DNA of 63,964 nt, the filler included, from Mitosporidium daphniae (taxonomy: Eukaryota), in assembly GCF_000760515.2 (NCBI RefSeq). It is 5 parts of 5 records of this genome, joined end to end, with 100 filler letters (N's around TTAATTAATTAA, not from the genome) between each part and the next. Parts side by side here need not be neighbours in the genome. Positions count along the whole stretch, not along the records: positions 54,378 to 63,964 come from NW_013546675.1; 4 more parts are not named here. One strand, 5' to 3'. A program made the translations under genes and the position numbers. The notes beneath the pieces were generated by a model. The model ran no database searches, was not told the DNA's origin, and saw nothing but the letters and a program-made list of their open reading frames with translations. Within the stretch, counting starts at the first letter, position 1. Every line of letters starts with the position of its first letter. Positions 59,701-63,964 of this stretch are shown here, piece by piece.

Positions 59701-61113
59701 ATGCCCTTGACCGATAAACGCTGTTAGGGTTATGGCACATTTGTCAGGGTGCGATGCCCGCCAACGAGATAATGGGGGAGGGACTAAACCAAGGCTGCAG
59801 GGGGTCACTCTAAGATGCTCACCAGAGGATACAATTACCATAGCATTTGGATCTGGGATTGTTATCGGTCCCGGAGCCATGTTAATGGCAAACATGTCAA
59901 GGTACACCGTTGAAGAGCTCCGCCTCACCACAACAAGAAGGTCTTCAACCTTGTCTAACCAAAACATTTTCAGCATTGTGGTGGCAGGTGGGGCTGCGAG
60001 CTCCATTTTCAAGTCAAACTGGAAACATGTGGTTGTCCAAAGCTGAATATGACCGAGAGCATATCCTAACGCCAAAATAGTATTGGTGCTGTTCCATGCT
60101 AGCGCCGACAATTGAAAAGAATCTGCTTGTGCTGGCATTTGCATTGATTTTGGGGGACAGTAGGAAAAGCCTCCATTTGCCAAGCAGTTGGGCTCCCAAA
60201 TCTGAAGTGCATTTTTTGTAACAGAATGAGGTGCCAAAATTCCGAATCCATGCCCATATTGACCTTTCCAGGCCATTGGCGAGCCTGGAAGTGATACTGT
60301 AGATGCAGATTTTGCGAGAAAGGTTGCATCGCGACCATAGACACGAAGCGATCCATCTCCAAGAATTAGTGCAAATTTAGATGAATCCGGATGCCAGCGG
60401 CATGAAATTGGCTTCTCAGGCGGTGAACTCTGGCATACCGGCAAAGGGGCATTCCCAGAAGGTCCATTATTTTCCAGAATTGTGGTGGCGGTGGCCGCAG
60501 CCCTTTCTACTGCCGCCGCACCAGTTCCTCGGAACTGGGTTTTTTCTGAACCCCAACCGATACTTATTGGTTGCTTAATTGGACATTCTGACTTATTCTC
60601 ATCAAGGAAGATCACAGCTATGGTGTCAAGGGTTCCAGGTGCTAAAAGAAATAATTTTTTGCCGTCCCTAGAAAAAACGGTAAATATCTCATGATCTGGC
60701 GAAGGTTGAGCTTGGGAAATTCCATCCTCAATGATTCCAACGGCGAAAGCAGAACCGTTTGCCGTGGCTGCAACGACTAGTCCAGAAGAGAAAAAGACTA
60801 ACACGGACTCATCTATTGGGTCTAATATGGAATTGATCAAATCGTTTTTTTTATCACCCGTGTAAAGTTCATTTGGATTGACCAAAAAAAAATTGCCCTG
60901 CTTATCAGCATTGGAATTGCTTGGGGTTATACCTACAGATCTCTCGTCGTATGAACAAATAAAAAGAGATACGGCTTTGGATGACTTTGATTGTGATGAA
61001 ATCACAAATCTTCTTTTAAAGCTCGATGAAATTACAAATCGAAAATCGTCGGGAGTGTCAGAATTCCTGAGAACCTCAACTCTGGATACAAGCGAGAGCA
61101 ATAGGGACTTCAT
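56710..61113 (-). CDS. ELP1: Elongator complex subunit Elp1/Iki3 (divergent)
   Basis: IGWGSEKTQFRG, WEPNCL..G.F, VPPPLS, MDRGSLE, AALGTYSL.LA...RDPQEF...FLIDDRLGR, Ser-rich then basic C-terminal tract. Confidence 0.9.
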   Translation of the reverse strand: MKSLLLSLVSRVEVLRNSDTPDDFRFVISSSFKRRFVISSQSKSSKAVSLFICSYDERSVGITPSNSNADKQGNFFLVNPNELYTGDKKNDLINSILDPIDESVLVFFSSGLVVAATANGSAFAVGIIEDGISQAQPSPDHEIFTVFSRDGKKLFLLAPGTLDTIAVIFLDENKSECPIKQPISIGWGSEKTQFRGTGAAAVERAAATATTILENNGPSGNAPLPVCQSSPPEKPISCRWHPDSSKFALILGDGSLRVYGRDATFLAKSASTVSLPGSPMAWKGQYGHGFGILAPHSVTKNALQIWEPNCLANGGFSYCPPKSMQMPAQADSFQLSALAWNSTNTILALGYALGHIQLWTTTCFQFDLKMELAAPPATTMLKMFWLDKVEDLLVVVRRSSSTVYLDMFAINMAPGPITIPDPNAMVIVSSGEHLRVTPCSLGLVPPPLSRWRASHPDKCAITLTAFIGQGHQIAALTSDASELLLFDEGPLRGAPLGSPMKISGKFHLTLSPGYTLFPHQLISLSASVLLLFATMFPNNGGPIRHVLFFIRPKETFVPNSNSQKTDLAKEWCGELVEIPLQLSKPSSVHVCDGKGTLLVCYADGSLIQYVMKAEVIAPGETDVSSKNNFLPKITASMAKVSLLCHDSQFDLQWKLLKTKIDAGDAVIQSQFSSCSDTLLLLTRGGVLWLVNDGIYLRRLPVQDVTSIALLPRSRLPDAHFTLRFLVTVQNSQTMCSLFLCDIPEDKDGALEILERHPCEPGSTIISAVGESSPVTLLVMDRGSLERVYMRTLLLEHMEYLCVIGDEFRAAYELGLRHRLPLAKLVPLPAQMHVADQHGTFQAIHHHLNRLVQSLSPDQLIQIMADRSATAEHRNALKAAVLAALPCDVGTIRVAIAADLLSDTVDEAMALFAAEWANLGSEERTLLVRAALVLVSREKVNAGAEALMAAALGTYSLALAQAIGEEGLGDRDPQEFMGFISKCYTCANEPRRRFLIDDRLGRSERALSWLIEEARVGGSLEAEGCDAINEIVAYVLKRDLYETVLFQSENSFVLRKAILQSYAQRYATPRALLATRMLKEAVAIFMTQGDFLGIATTLSLMSASDALSLQVSIGSTVQQSPHSILLATISQSQDDSSRNVEEAAAAVCSAMQRMPNNTINERATSTTQASSNSALDITSSLKGMLFDPKTMPWTHGWELALLLCLRQPEASLVSGDLLPALRSEGSRLLELLTIGILGNLHQVAQGLERHRNLPQVGEFDLAMHVDDNNVTGADDCSVISRVSTVSWKSTTSSRSFTSNRSSTSSRSSTSISSTAKAIARKKKTAAKPNSPRHEWYLINEAKFLVETTLLPLVPSFFAFVEVFLLCISRELGSALKDGCTRVGPSDKTTIFRDFLERLPHALIKAWDENMVILAAILENAPVRRRISPSSSTSEVDEIFMECFAAYGELRTLVRLLPRNTERPPIPLI

Positions 61114-62774
61114 TTGAAATAAAATAAAATTTTATTCACATTTTAAATCTGACAAGCCTTCTCCACAAGGGGTTATGGCAATTTTATTTAATCTTCAATT
61201 ATGGAAAGCGAAATCTTATTGGAGGATCTAGCTTCTGATCAGAACAGCTCCAATGGCCGATTGGTTCAATGCACATCTCCTATCAGATGTGAATCTTGTT
61301 AAATTTTACTAATCCAAAAGGTAAACTTTTCCTTCTAAAATAATCCCCTTCCTTTTCCACTTACTGCTGTTTATTGCCCAGAATCGCCCCTCCTAACGGT
61401 TTACTTGAAAGAATCAATGATAGAAATAGCTCACTGTACAAAGTAACGTTGTTACCCATAAAAAAGTCAACTTTTCTGACAAAACCGAGATCTGAAATCT
61501 CACTTGGGGTTTTCTTTATGAAAACAATCAAATTGAGTTTTTCAAAAACCAAGATTTTGTCTTAGGGTACAATTTAAGCCACATATTTTTCATATGCCTA
61601 AAAGCTAGTAGCAAAATGCTATACACGGAGCCTTCCATGATACCTTGACGATAAAACAAGGCTGCAAAACAAATTAAAGTTCAAGTCCGATTGTTTGATC
61701 CTTCGTGATACATCGCATCTGATTCAGGTATGAAGCTTGAGGGACCAAAGACCTTCAAGCTAACAAAAATTAAACAACACAATGGCAAATTTTATGTGGA
61801 GGTCTTAGCATCATCTCCACCCGATCGATCTTTGTCTGCTGCCAAGAAAGCACCCCGAAAGTTCTTTGTTGACGGATTATTTTTCCATATAATCTGCATA
61901 TTTAAAAGCCAAATAAGCCAAGTTGGAAATTAAAACCTTCTTTGAGAATAACTTGTCCATCTCAATCGATGGTAAACTCGTGTCAAAGTGCTAAAAGTAT
62001 CCTCCTAATCTGAATGCTCTCACCATTAATAACGTCTATGCGCGGCAAACATATACACAATATAGATAATACATAATGCAGTCAAAAGAGACACATTCTT
62101 TAAAACGAGCAGGTTCTGTAACAAAAACAGCAGTAAGACTATCCATTCGGTTAACTTGGCCACCAAAAATGGGTTTCTAAGCATTCACCGTTACTTAAAC
62201 TTAGAGCTGCATATCTTCTGGATGATCTGACAATTAAACCCTCTATTTTTGCATTCGATAATAGCGGTATCGCTTCTAAAAATGGTATTCTCATTTCCGC
62301 TTCCCATAGCCCTAACCCTAAGCAATTCAATAGATAAATAAACAATTTATTATAAAAACAGACTCTGTATGTGTCCGCGCCCTTTCTGTGTAACTCTATC
62401 TTGCCACAAATTTCAAACCTCGACCATTTTGGGTTAGGCTTAGAGAACACATGGGGTCACAAATGGGTAAAATTTTGCACTTCATGCGTAACGTGGCTAG
62501 TGTTCTTCTTCATTAGCCCTTGCGTTTGCAAACGGACGACAACTGCCACATTGGATCGTGGGATTTGGGCTGTTATGATTGATCAACTATACGGCGATTG
62601 GCCACTATTCAAATGGGCACCTATTCTGATATCCAGTTTCTAAATTTGATTGGTAAAACTAATTGACGAACAACAATTGGTCCAGTAAAAACGGGGTTCT
62701 GTTATTGGACTTTTTAATGGCCTATTAAACGGAAATTGCAGGCATATATTAGCTCTGACTATCTTTAATAGTCA

Positions 62775-63910
62775 ATGCTTCGCTATACCATACTTCATGT
62801 TCTGCTTTTCTCGGTTTTCTTAACCCTTGTTTGTTCAGAGTCTGAATTATTTTATTTAAAAAATAAAATCTCTGGGAATGTTATCAAGCTCAAGGGATCT
62901 AGTATTGAGGCCGGAAAGGAGGCAGAGGTTGGCGAGAAAAAAGAAACCGATCCAACTCAAAAATTTATTATTAAAGATAATATGATTTTGTTTGAAGCCA
63001 ATAAGAATTATGGCTTGGGCTTTTCCTCTGAAGGAACAATTAAATGTTATGATGTCGAATCTCTTGGAAAAAAAAAGGATCTTCCTAAGAATCTTGGTAC
63101 TGACAAGCAATTAAAAGCCCAATTTAAGTTTGACGATGGTAATATCGTGTTTTTGAAGGATGGAAACCTTGGTTTCATCGTTGAAGGTGATCAACTTAAG
63201 ATCGGCAAAGTTACTAAAGATCCCAAGAATAAGTTTATTCAAGAATATATGCAATCAGGATGTAGCAAATCTTCTGCTAAACCTGGTGGTCAAAACGAAT
63301 TTACCCCCCCCCCATTATCGCTCCTGGTCACCCCTCCGAAAAAATTGAAGAGACCTTTTTAGTAGACAAAGATGTTCTCTATGTGATTGGTATTCTTGAA
63401 GATGGTGATAAAGAACCCANAAAGTTTCTCAAAACCACTGGTACAACAAATTCAAAACCTGTAAAATCGACACCCTCGCTGAGTGAGGCAACTCGCTTTA
63501 GGGTAACCGAATTAGAAAAGGGCATTTTCTACATCTGTACCGAAGCCGGTGACTGCATGGCAAGATGTAACAGTTGCCCTGGTGACGATAACAATTCGGA
63601 AAGAAATATTATTAGATGTCATCATAGATCCCCGATCAAAAAAGATAAAGGATTCGGCTTGTGGGGAATTCGAAATGCGATACAAATTACCAAGGAACAA
63701 AAACAAGCAGGGCCCAATGCGTCAGGCTGTGAAACAGTTTATCCTGCTGGAACCACAGAGCGGCCTGACAGCACTATAACAAAGACACCTCCATTTAGTA
63801 TGAAAATCTTTGACAATCCTATGGGTTTAAGACTTAATAATGATGGTATCTTGAGTTTTGGCAACACTCCCTCTGAGGACAAAATTTTTGTTTTAATTCC
63901 GCAAAAATAA
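62775..63910 (+). CDS. secreted ricin-B/beta-trefoil-like protein, split by a frameshift at a C10 tract
   Basis: Signal peptide MLRYTILHVLLFSVFLTLVCS; FYLKNKISGNVI...TQKF pattern; the second frame is open from 63314 to the stop at 63910. Confidence 0.6.
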
Positions 63911-63964
63911 GCATAAATTTTAAAATAAATTTTATTTTAAAAAGCCTTCATGAATGTTTTAACA

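Noticed and set aside
56951..60700. Many plus-strand ORFs overlapping ELP1 (likewise those antisense to INO1, RPN2, TAF5)
   Set aside because: Antisense shadows of long coding regions with no independent motifs
61200..62650. Short ORFs between ELP1 and the lectin-like gene
   Set aside because: No coherent model or homology recognisable by eye

Overview
Eukaryotic, very compact fungal-like genome: mostly 23-37 nt spliceosomal introns, head-to-head genes 34-64 bp apart, and nuclear genes for a respiring mitochondrion. This is consistent with an early-branching microsporidia relative such as Mitosporidium (inference, not verified). The window is five contigs joined by artificial 100-nt N/TTAATTAATTAA/N linkers in decreasing size order, so adjacency across gaps is meaningless. 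Contigs 1, 2, 4 and 5 carry mainly housekeeping genes: INO1, UTP15, PP2A-C, PKA-C, ATP3, OPA3, PCD, ERO1, RIO2, TFB2, VMA10, DHHC PAT, PER1, mitoribosomal proteins, GUT2, TAF5, RPN2, U2AF65 and ELP1. Contig 3 (27495-40892) is an accessory region with a decaying tandem family resembling DUF3638/DUF3645-type proteins and a secreted Ig-like-repeat protein. The most striking observation is in the PP2A gene. One 120-nt intron parses exactly into four back-to-back 27-36 nt mini-introns with no exon between them (candidate recursive splicing), and its other long intron folds into a long hairpin. Also notable are a bacterial RppH-like Nudix gene and a ricin-B-like secreted gene split at a C10 tract. 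All product calls come from motif recognition by eye, with no database searches.
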